A stretch of 39,034 nucleotides of DNA from Candidatus Allobutyricicoccus pentlandensis (GTDB lineage: Bacteria > Bacillota > Clostridia > Oscillospirales > QAMX01), in the NCBI GenBank assembly GCA_904398645.1, contig CAJFPH010000125.1:1-39034 (forward strand), in the 5' to 3' direction. A model generated the notes under the pieces. The model was not told the DNA's origin and did no database searches. It was given only the letters and a program-made list of their open reading frames with translations. Below, piece by piece: positions 1 through 8,363 of the stretch. A program made the position numbers and the translations under genes. How positions within the stretch are numbered: position 1 is the stretch's first letter; each line of letters begins with the position of its first letter.

Positions 1-77
1 ACACATTTCCTGTCTATCCGCTGTCCGCAAAACCATTGATTTTATTAGCTTTTTGCCGCTATCGCTATCACACCTCA

Positions 78-440
78 TTATTTGTCGGGCCGCAGCAAAT
101 TTGCCTTTCCCGATATTGCCTGATCAAACTTTTCCATGAAGGAAAATTCCGGATCCAAATGGCGAAAAATATACCTGCTGAACGTACAAATCATGTACTC
201 GGAACAATCGCTTGAATCTTCGTGGACATAAAAAGCGTCCAGTTTGGAAACAATCAGCAGATCACCCGGATGTAGAGAATAGGTGTTTCCTTCAATCACG
301 GCCCTTTTTTCACCCTGGATATTATAATAAATCAAAGAGGAATCACAGACGCAGGCATTTAATACGCTTGAATCCGGCTCTGGCGTAACGACATGGGTAC
401 AGCGCAAATATTCATCTTCATAAATGAGCTTGCGAGCCAT
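78..440 (-). CDS. AraC-type N-terminal cupin/ligand-binding domain protein with no HTH half (truncated or frameshifted?)
   Basis: Lies in track ORF 78..587. The internal ATG at 440 (MARKLIYEDEY...) is preceded by GGAGGA (reverse complement of 445-450), whereas the longer ORF would overlap the addA 3' end. The segment 'NTYSLHPGDLLIVSKLDAFYVH' resembles the AraC cupin sensor domain. The stop at 78 comes before any HTH. Another frame stays open to the window edge. Confidence 0.45.
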   Translation of the reverse strand: MARKLIYEDEYLRCTHVVTPEPDSSVLNACVCDSSLIYYNIQGEKRAVIEGNTYSLHPGDLLIVSKLDAFYVHEDSSDCSEYMICTFSRYIFRHLDPEFSFMEKFDQAISGKANLLRPDK

Positions 441-577
441 AAGTTCCTCCATATTGATGAAATACACCAAAAACATTATATCGTATCCCATCTGAAAAAG
501 CAAGATAGACAAGTTGGCGGGGCCGAATCTCAACAACTTTTCTCTTCCTAAACAGGAACGGATGTGATTCGGAAATC

Positions 578-3500
578 CTAAATACAAAGATCTGCACCGG
601 TTCTGAAAAAGTACAGATGCCGCTCGGCTACACTTTTTCCCGTAATGCGTGTCAATGCAAGTGCATACGAGGTAAGTTGCTGCCGGTATCGTTCGGCAAG
701 AATCCGTTCACTGCCCGGCAGGACAAAGTCCGTTTTGAAGTCTATCAAGATAATACCTGCCGGCTCTTCAAAATAGCAATCGATCACGCCCTGGAAAAGG
801 AGGGTATCATCGTCTGTATTCGGACTATATGCAAGCGCTGTCAGGTCATCTGTCATTGCGCATGATGCCAGCAGGGAAAATTTAAACTCCCGATTGATGC
901 GCCCGGATGACATCATCCGGATGCCGAGCGGAGAAGAAAAGAAAGCAAGGATCCGTCCGGCGTCTACAGAAGCTGCCTGCTCCGGCGTTAGAAAACGTTT
1001 TTCATACAGGCGGCGGATTTCAGCCTCGATTCCTTCACGAGACGTACAGGCACGGAAATCGATAAACTGCATCACGAGATGGAGCGCCGTTCCCCGTTCT
1101 GAGCCGGTAAGCCCGGCATCTTGTATAAATCGGGGACGGCGGTAGACATTTGGGACAGTGTTTGGACTATTGGAGCCGTCAGAACTGGACGGTGATGTCC
1201 CGTCGGACGTTTCATAGGGCGAAATGGTATCAGGCAAAACGCGGGAAACGGCATTTTCTGCCGCTTCTTCGTCCGTAAACCGCCCCTTTAATGCCGTCGC
1301 AGTGAGCTTTGAGGGAACGTCCGACAGGTTACCGTACGGATATCGGAACGCGAGCTTTTCATAAAGCTGCTCTCGGGAAAACGCGGGTTCTGCAGCTTCC
1401 TCTTTTTTGCCCTGCGGCACCCTCTGTGAAACGGCAGAGGGTGCGGCTGCCGAAATACTCCAGCTGTGATTTTCTGCCTCATCAAAATTTACTGCGATAC
1501 CTGCCTCTGAAAAAATCGGTGCAGAGCAGGGAAGACGCAAGACCGGCGCAAGTATCCATGATAGCGGCGAAATACAGGCCAGCAGCATCTGATGCGGAAG
1601 GGGCGCATGGGACAGATCCGGATAGTACTTCGCCGCAAGCGCGGATGCGCTTTTTACCGGCGCGGTTACGATTAATTTTTCCCTTGCACGCGTCATGGCA
1701 ACATACAGAATACGCATTTCTTCAGAAAGCGTTTCCTGACGTGTTTTCACAGCAATGGCGAGACGCGGCAGGGTGGGGTATTCAATCCTGCGGTCGACCT
1801 GACGGCGTCGAAAACCCGGGCCGAGCCTCGGATGGATGAGTACGGGGTCCGTCAGGTCGCTCGTGTTGAAGCGCTGGGAGCAGTTGGAGAGAAATACTAT
1901 GGGAAATTCAAGCCCCTTTGATTTGTGGACGCTCATAATATGGACCGCTGAAACGGAGGAGGACGAGGGCGCAACCTCGCAGCCACGTTCCCGAAGCGCA
2001 CGCATCATATGTGCGAAACGATAAAGCCCACAATATCCGGCGCGTTCAAAGCGCTGTGCCTGCTCCAGAAAGGCATGTAATTTACCAGGTCCGTCTGTCA
2101 AATGGCTGCACACGGCCTCAAGCCGTGTTTCGTTTAGAATTCGCATGACAAGGCGGTCGGCGGGCATGTCTTCCGCCGCGAGCCGGAGTGCCTGCAGCGT
2201 TTTAAGCATTGCAGCACATCGTGTGCCAAGCGCGTTTTCTTCCTGTGCCGTGTGACATACCGCACGGTAAAAACTGGCGCCGGGTGCGGCAATCCGGATC
2301 TGCGCCAGCTCGTCCGCTGTAAAGCTGTAGAGCGGGGAACGCATGAGAGAAGCCAGTGGAATATCCTGCTCGGGATTATCCAGCACATCGATCAGGGACA
2401 TTAAAATGATAACGTCCGGCGAGTCGAACAGCTCCGAACCAACGTCTTTTCGCGCTGCAATTCCCTCGCGCAGCAAAGCTGTTTCATAAAGCACAGCTTT
2501 GCTCTTTACGCTGCGCAATAAGATGGCGAAATCTTCCGGAAGACAGGGCCGCATATCGCCTAGTGTCCGGTCGTAAACGGGATATTCTTGCTCTAACATA
2601 TCCCGGATTCGCGCAGCGACATAGGCGGCGTCCGCCTCTGCTCCCGAGAGGTCGTCTTCCTCTGCCGTTTCGACGAGGCAGAGTTCCGCACAGCTATCCT
2701 GAGATGCCGGATACTCCGCGCCGGGAATCAGCCGCTCTTCTTTGCCGTAGGAGATATCGCCGAGGTTGGGCGACATAACGTTCTCAAAAATATAGTTGAC
2801 CGCCTCGGTTACCTCCTGACGGGAACGAAAGTTCTTTGCCAGAATGACACGTCCCGGCTCGCCAGGTGCGGGATTGTCTGCGTAGGCCATATATTTGCGC
2901 AGGAACACGTCCGGATTTGCCAGGCGGAAGCTATAGATACTCTGCTCCATATCGCCAACCAGAAACAGATTTTTTCCCTCCCGTGACAACGCATGGAAGA
3001 TGGCGTCCTGCACTTCGTTGGTATCCTGATATTCGTCGACCATGATCTCCGTATAACGGCAGGAGAGCGAACCGGCCAGCGGTGTTGGTTCTTTGCCGTC
3101 GTCGCCCAGCAGCATACGAACGGTCAAATGCTCCAGGTCGCTGAAATCCAGGATATTGCGCAGGCGTTTTTCATCGTCCATCCGATCCATATATTCGCTG
3201 ACCAAAGAAAAAAGTGCGTGGCTATACGGCTCGACTGCGCGCATGTCGTTGAGAAATTGCAATTCCGTAAAGCCAAAATAATCGCGGCAGAATGTACCCA
3301 GCATTTTTTTCCAGGCATCGCGTGGCGCTTTGATGAGGTCCAGGAGCACGGGATCGTCAAAGCCTCGTACGGCGCTTAGACGGGTGAATGAAATACCGTT
3401 TGCAAATGCCGCCGCTTCGTCCCACCGGCGTTCTTCCAGAAAGCGAATCAATGTTTCAAGACGGGAGAGATCGTCTGTATATGCGGCGCCATATGCCTTT

Positions 3501-4234
3501 TCAATAGAGGGGTATAAGCGCATCGTTTCGCGCGCGGCTGAAAGCGTTTTTTTTGCATAATAACACCGGTCCAGAATAGCGTCTATTAGAATTTGGCCAT
3601 ATACGCTCTCAAGCGGCTTTTCCTCCGTCGAACGGGTAAGCATCTCGGAGATCCATTTTTGGGGATATGGATGGCTTTGCAATTTTGCAAATGTCTCTAA
3701 AATAACACTGCGCAGGCGCGAATCATCACGCATGGCGGAAAGAGACTCTACCAGCATGAAAAAACCTTCGTTTTCAGTAGAGCGGTTTTCGTAGCGTGAT
3801 TCGATCAGCTCATCCAAAATATTTTCACGCAGGATAGCGATTTCGTCCTCATCGGCTACACGAAAATCAGGTGTTAAGCCGGCCGCCTGAAAATTTTCCC
3901 GCAGCAAATATGCGCAAAAAGAATGAACCGTTGTAATTTGTGCGTGGTCAAGCAATGTCAGCTGGCGTCGTAAATGACGGTCGGAAGGCGTTTCCAAGAG
4001 CCGTTCCGTCAGTGCGTCGGCGATCTTGGCTTTCATTTCAGCCGCCGCGGCTTTTGTGAATGTGACAATCAGGAATTCATCTATGTTACACGGATCGCCG
4101 GTATCCAATATCCGGCGTATAACGCGCTCAACCAGCACCGCAGTTTTGCCGGAACCCGCCGCGGCGGAAACAAGCAGCGCACCGCCGCGGCTTGTGATAG
4201 CGCGAAGCTGCGCCTCAGTCCAGTTTACCGCCAT
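578..4234 (-). CDS. addA: ATP-dependent helicase/nuclease subunit A (AddA)
   Basis: UvrD-type Walker A 'AAAGSGKTAVLVERV'. C-terminal RecB-type nuclease motif 'ILIDFKTD'. About 1218 aa and located directly after addB. The preferred start is ATG 4234 (MAVNWTEAQL), preceded by GGAGGTGG. The track ORF starts at 4249. Confidence 0.93.
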   Translation of the reverse strand: MAVNWTEAQLRAITSRGGALLVSAAAGSGKTAVLVERVIRRILDTGDPCNIDEFLIVTFTKAAAAEMKAKIADALTERLLETPSDRHLRRQLTLLDHAQITTVHSFCAYLLRENFQAAGLTPDFRVADEDEIAILRENILDELIESRYENRSTENEGFFMLVESLSAMRDDSRLRSVILETFAKLQSHPYPQKWISEMLTRSTEEKPLESVYGQILIDAILDRCYYAKKTLSAARETMRLYPSIEKAYGAAYTDDLSRLETLIRFLEERRWDEAAAFANGISFTRLSAVRGFDDPVLLDLIKAPRDAWKKMLGTFCRDYFGFTELQFLNDMRAVEPYSHALFSLVSEYMDRMDDEKRLRNILDFSDLEHLTVRMLLGDDGKEPTPLAGSLSCRYTEIMVDEYQDTNEVQDAIFHALSREGKNLFLVGDMEQSIYSFRLANPDVFLRKYMAYADNPAPGEPGRVILAKNFRSRQEVTEAVNYIFENVMSPNLGDISYGKEERLIPGAEYPASQDSCAELCLVETAEEDDLSGAEADAAYVAARIRDMLEQEYPVYDRTLGDMRPCLPEDFAILLRSVKSKAVLYETALLREGIAARKDVGSELFDSPDVIILMSLIDVLDNPEQDIPLASLMRSPLYSFTADELAQIRIAAPGASFYRAVCHTAQEENALGTRCAAMLKTLQALRLAAEDMPADRLVMRILNETRLEAVCSHLTDGPGKLHAFLEQAQRFERAGYCGLYRFAHMMRALRERGCEVAPSSSSVSAVHIMSVHKSKGLEFPIVFLSNCSQRFNTSDLTDPVLIHPRLGPGFRRRQVDRRIEYPTLPRLAIAVKTRQETLSEEMRILYVAMTRAREKLIVTAPVKSASALAAKYYPDLSHAPLPHQMLLACISPLSWILAPVLRLPCSAPIFSEAGIAVNFDEAENHSWSISAAAPSAVSQRVPQGKKEEAAEPAFSREQLYEKLAFRYPYGNLSDVPSKLTATALKGRFTDEEAAENAVSRVLPDTISPYETSDGTSPSSSDGSNSPNTVPNVYRRPRFIQDAGLTGSERGTALHLVMQFIDFRACTSREGIEAEIRRLYEKRFLTPEQAASVDAGRILAFFSSPLGIRMMSSGRINREFKFSLLASCAMTDDLTALAYSPNTDDDTLLFQGVIDCYFEEPAGIILIDFKTDFVLPGSERILAERYRQQLTSYALALTRITGKSVAERHLYFFRTGADLCI

Positions 4235-7200
4235 GTGCGCCACCTCCATCCAGGATATGATAAAAATCTTTTCCGCTCATTGTCGGGATATGCCGGACGC
4301 GCGCAGTATCGCGTTCAGCGTTCAAAAAGCATACGCTTTTGTAATCGCAATATGTGCACGCCTGAATCCCATGCAAAACGGCAGGACGTGCACCGATCTG
4401 CCCTTCCGACATCAGTTCAGCTGTTAGCGCCGTCATGTGCCGCACATGCCGCTCGAGCAAGTCGAACTGCGCCGCATCGGCAACACCGGAAACTGGAGAG
4501 GGCTGACGGTTTTTCAGCAATTTTACGGGGATGAAGCGCCCTTCTGTCTCAATTCCAGGCTCCATTGCTTCAATTACCTCAGGGTCAGAAAGCACAATGC
4601 CGGAACGCATTAACGTGGCGTCAAGTTTGGCATGTAGTTCGTCATCCGAAAGATCGTGCGGTGCGGCATAAGGTTCTGCGCGCGCCGGCGTATAAAGTAC
4701 GCCGGCAGGAACGATGGCGTCCGCACCGAGCGACGGATGCCGGGTGAGATACCGCTCCGCCTCATGACGCAGTGCGAAAAGGTAGACCGGCATCTGCATA
4801 CCGAGGCCGTTTAGGATTTCTCCGTAGGAAAATGCCTTGGCGCCGCTTTTATAATCTACGACGCGTACATAGAGCACGCCGTCCTTTACCCAGCCGTCTA
4901 CGCGGTCTACGATGCCTCGCAGGGATGCCGTGCCATACTGCGTATGGATTTGTACCGGAGGAAGATCCCCGGAAAAACTGAGTTCAAAGTCTAATGGGCG
5001 AAAGCTGCTTTTGGAAAACTCATCATAGAGATTATCGATCAGGACGTCCAGCGAACGGCGAATGCGGTGAAACAGATATTGAAACCGCGCACTCTTTGTC
5101 TGAAAATCCGGAATATCGCGCGCAATATATTCCAATACGCAGGCACGTGCAAATTCACGGACCTCTTCGCGTGTACAGACATTAAAACCGCCTGCGTCCT
5201 CTACACGGCGGACTGTGCCTTCCAGAACGTAGTGGATAAACAGCCCGCGTTGCGGCGCATCGAAATTCGCCTCCCGACGAGGTTTCAGGTCAAGACCATA
5301 ACGGGAAAAATAGGCAAATCGACAGGTGTTGAAAGCGTCCATGCGTGTGGCGCTCAGATGAAGCTTATGTCCGTAGAGGCCATGAACGCTTTGTTCGCTG
5401 ATGCGCTCCTCCGGCAAAAGCGAGTCCGGATGTACGGGCTCCGGTACCTGAATGTTTGTTAACTCCCGCAGGGTATTGAGCACCATGACCTCCATGGCAC
5501 CGCCGTGCAGGGCGGCAAAATCAAACGCCGTTTGAGGAGATTCCAGCAGATGAATGTCGTCGCTATTATTCAGGCGGTGTACCGGCAGAGCAGGAAACAA
5601 TGTACATAGTCGGCGCAGGAGGTAGGCCGGGCGAATCTGATTCCCTGCGCTGTCGGCAGTAGAATAGGAGAGGTACAGGAGCTCGCGCGCCTTTGCAAGG
5701 ACGTGATAGACCTCGCTCATACCGTCTGCATCCCGACTGGCAGGCGTATAGGCAAGTTCAATGTCATAGGAGAATAATTCATCTCGATCGGCATCTGTCA
5801 AAAGCCCGCCGTTATTACCAGGCACGGGCAGCGCGCCGTCTCGCGCGCCAAGTACCAAAACAGCGCGTGCATCTGCCGCACGCAGCCGGGAGAGATCTCC
5901 GCACGCTACGCGGTCAACGGATGGGGGAATCGTGCCGATGTCATAGCGGGAGAGAATTAATGTAAATAACTGCTCGAATTCATGCGCGGAGATTAAGCGG
6001 TCGCCGGAAATATCGGCAAAACTGTCAAGACAACGGCAGAAAATTTCCCAAAGCTGGCGATACTCATCCGCCTGTGTCAGCTCCCCCGCAGCACGCAGTT
6101 CTTCCTCGCGTGCGTTACAGGCGGCCGGAAGGTCAATTTCAATGGCAAAGTCATAAACGGCCCGTACTTTTTCCAGTATGGGGACGTCTTCTCGCAGGCG
6201 GTGGGAAAGACGCAGGAGCGGACGGACAATTTGCCGGCGCGTTTCATTGAGCTGTTGGAGCAGAGCAGTTCCTTCTTCGGTGAAAGGAACGCCAAATCCA
6301 TCCGGATTCATACCCCATGGGAGTTCAGAATTCCACTGTGCCGGCTTTATCCGCCACTGCAGGCAATAATTTTCCAGCTGATCGATATCGATACGTGGGA
6401 TACCGGTCAACCCGGTCTTGAGGTATGCAAATACGTCCTCATGCCGGAACCCGGATACGGCGATTCGCACGGCACGTAATACCAGCGCCGTAACAGACTT
6501 GACGCGCAAATCGGTTTTTTGCGTCGTATAGTAGGGCACGCCAAAACGCTCAAGCGCCGAAACAAGCGGCAGGTAGTAAGAGTCGAAGTCACCGGAGACA
6601 ACAGCAATGTCCCGGCAGCGCATCCCCGCTCGCAACAGACGAACAATGCGCGCCGCGGCAAATTCGCACTCAGAGAAAATGCCGGATGCCACCGTCAGCT
6701 CAATATGCTGTGGAACAGGTTCCGAGGGCTGCACGGCGTAGTCAAAAAGGTCCCGTTCCAGCACCGCCAGATCGTTATACCTCACGGGCGGAGAGAGTGC
6801 AACCGTTTCTGCGTGACCATTTCCAATGAGTTTTGCAAGGCGCGCGACGGTCTCTTTCTCCTTTGAAAATAATTCGGCATCGGGACAGGCGGGATCAAAA
6901 TCAATCGCCACCTGTACGTCTGCACGGGAGAGGGAGGATAGAATCGCATATTCCTGCGGCGTAAAACCGGAAAAGCCGTCAATATAGACACGGCGCCCTG
7001 AAAACCAATCCAGTTCACGCACTGCGTCGGCAAGCCGTGACATCTCATCGCGCGGATCGATAAACCGTCCCGCACACTGTGCGTCATAGGCCGAACGAAT
7101 GAGAAGGAGGTCATGCAGTTTGGAGGAAAGAACCGGGTCCAATTCGGAGAACAGCGGCGTAAAGGCATCGTCACCGAGGCGACAGCTTTTCAACTCATCG

Positions 7201-7568
7201 ACCACTTGTACAAATCCCTCGAGAAGCTCGGGACTCGCTGCGCCGACGTAATACTTCATCGAGGTACGGACGCTTTCAAAAGCGCTTTGCATCAGGAGAA
7301 TACGTCCGCCGTCATCGAGCACATGGTCGGCAAGTCCGCCATATTCTGCAAAGACACGGTTTGCCAGGCGCCGGAAAGTCAGAACTTCACAGGCAAGCGA
7401 AATCCCATCGCCACCCCATTCGCATAACCGGCGTTCAGCTTCGTGGGAATGGGTTTCGGGTACGAGGAAAATTTGACGTTGCGTACCGTTCGCAGCAGCG
7501 CGTGCGGCAGCCTGATAGAGATATGCACTTTTTCCGCTTCCCTGACGTCCGAATACGAAGGTGAGCAT
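4215..7568 (-). CDS. addB: ATP-dependent helicase/nuclease subunit B (AddB/RexB), Fe-S nuclease type
   Basis: N-terminal P-loop 'FGRQGSGKS'. C-terminal cysteines 'CRFAYFSRYG' and 'CTYCDYKSVC' match the AddB 4Fe-4S staple. The start is ATG 7568 (MLTFVFGRQG), preceded by AAGGAGA. The upstream part of the track ORF (7569-7673) overlaps rnpB and is not coding. Confidence 0.92.
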   Translation of the reverse strand: MLTFVFGRQGSGKSAYLYQAAARAAANGTQRQIFLVPETHSHEAERRLCEWGGDGISLACEVLTFRRLANRVFAEYGGLADHVLDDGGRILLMQSAFESVRTSMKYYVGAASPELLEGFVQVVDELKSCRLGDDAFTPLFSELDPVLSSKLHDLLLIRSAYDAQCAGRFIDPRDEMSRLADAVRELDWFSGRRVYIDGFSGFTPQEYAILSSLSRADVQVAIDFDPACPDAELFSKEKETVARLAKLIGNGHAETVALSPPVRYNDLAVLERDLFDYAVQPSEPVPQHIELTVASGIFSECEFAAARIVRLLRAGMRCRDIAVVSGDFDSYYLPLVSALERFGVPYYTTQKTDLRVKSVTALVLRAVRIAVSGFRHEDVFAYLKTGLTGIPRIDIDQLENYCLQWRIKPAQWNSELPWGMNPDGFGVPFTEEGTALLQQLNETRRQIVRPLLRLSHRLREDVPILEKVRAVYDFAIEIDLPAACNAREEELRAAGELTQADEYRQLWEIFCRCLDSFADISGDRLISAHEFEQLFTLILSRYDIGTIPPSVDRVACGDLSRLRAADARAVLVLGARDGALPVPGNNGGLLTDADRDELFSYDIELAYTPASRDADGMSEVYHVLAKARELLYLSYSTADSAGNQIRPAYLLRRLCTLFPALPVHRLNNSDDIHLLESPQTAFDFAALHGGAMEVMVLNTLRELTNIQVPEPVHPDSLLPEERISEQSVHGLYGHKLHLSATRMDAFNTCRFAYFSRYGLDLKPRREANFDAPQRGLFIHYVLEGTVRRVEDAGGFNVCTREEVREFARACVLEYIARDIPDFQTKSARFQYLFHRIRRSLDVLIDNLYDEFSKSSFRPLDFELSFSGDLPPVQIHTQYGTASLRGIVDRVDGWVKDGVLYVRVVDYKSGAKAFSYGEILNGLGMQMPVYLFALRHEAERYLTRHPSLGADAIVPAGVLYTPARAEPYAAPHDLSDDELHAKLDATLMRSGIVLSDPEVIEAMEPGIETEGRFIPVKLLKNRQPSPVSGVADAAQFDLLERHVRHMTALTAELMSEGQIGARPAVLHGIQACTYCDYKSVCFLNAERDTARVRHIPTMSGKDFYHILDGGGAHGGKLD

Positions 7569-7584
7569 GCCAGTCTCCTTTGCA

Positions 7585-7616
7585 AGAAAAAGCCGGAGTG
7601 CGAAAACCGCCTCCAG
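7585..7616 (-). terminator. Intrinsic terminator after rnpB, abutting the addB RBS
   Basis: On the minus-strand RNA: CUGGAGGCGG-UUUU-CGCACUCCGG (about 9 bp with one bulge and one G-U pair), followed by CUUUUUCUU. The addB SD follows immediately. Confidence 0.6.
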
Positions 7617-7630
7617 CCATGATTTTTTAT

Positions 7631-8079
7631 TTGTGAGTAAGCCTGTAAGCCGGGTTCTGTCGTGGACAATCATCTATCTTGTACGTACGTTACCGCACGC
7701 ATCCATGCCACCTTGGGGGAATAAACCGGGCCGGTTTCCGTTTGCACGGACTCCCCACAGCGGTGTTGCTCCGGATAGAGTTTACAGGATTCCCATGTTA
7801 CCATGGGAACCGGTGAGCTCTTACCTCGCCTTTCCACCCTTACCTCGCGCATCGCCGCAAGGACAGGCCTATGGCCTGTGCCCTGCGAACGTCACCGTCT
7901 TATCCAACAAATCTGATTTATGAGATAAGACGGTGACGCGAGGCGGTATATCTCTGTTGCACTTTTCCTGAAGTTGCCTTCGGCGGACGTTATCCGTTAT
8001 CCTCGCCCTATGGAGCCCGGACTTTCCTCACCCGGCGGCCTTTCGGCGTACCGGGCGCGATTGCCCAGCCTACTCACAA
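7631..8079 (-). ncRNA. rnpB: RNase P RNA, bacterial type A
   Basis: The reverse complement contains the universal P4 strand GAGGAAAGUCCGGGCUCCAUAGGGC (about 8003-8027). It also contains AGUGCAACAGAGA..ACCGCC, GGUAAGGGUGGAAAGG..GGUAAGAGC, and the 3' P4 strand ACAGAACCCGGCUUA. The P1 helix pairs UUGUGAGUAGGCUG with CAGGCUUACUCACAA. The ends are approximate, within a few nt. Confidence 0.92.
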
Positions 8080-8083
8080 TTTT

Positions 8084-8113
8084 ATTATACCGCAGATTCG
8101 TGCGTTTTGTCAA
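8084..8113 (-). promoter_or_regulatory. Sigma-70-type promoter of rnpB
   Basis: The reverse complement reads TTGACA-18 nt-TATAAT (both hexamers perfect). The -10 ends about 5-7 nt before the P1 5' strand. Confidence 0.8.
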
Positions 8114-8363
8114 TGAAAGAGGTCGTTTGTAATCGGATCATCGAAGTTCGGATGACATATTTTGCGTTTCAGGATGCTGCAGATTTTCGGAGGCTCCAAA
8201 CGCACACGTTTTATGCGGTAACTGCGGCCGGGGTGAAGGCAATCTCACGACGGCCCGCCCGTAGGCTTACCGAGACCTTGAAAAGAATGTCAAATCAGAC
8301 AGGCAGCATTGCAAAATAATCGTCTTTTTGATATGCTGTTAACAAAACAAGGAGGTATGTCAA

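Noticed and set aside
7569-7673. N-terminal extension of the addB track ORF (MIVHDRTRLTGLLTNKKS...)
   Set aside because: It overlaps the 3' strand of P4/P1 of the RNase P RNA and its terminator. The P-loop N-terminus starts at ATG 7568, which has its own SD.
8107-8319. 70-aa plus-strand ORF in the rnpB/GH127 intergenic region, and possible structured RNA in 8120-8340
   Set aside because: There is no SD, and its start overlaps the -35 box of the rnpB promoter on the other strand. The short stems I could draw (for example UGCGUUU/AAACGCA) match no riboswitch or sRNA consensus that I recognise. I left it unannotated.
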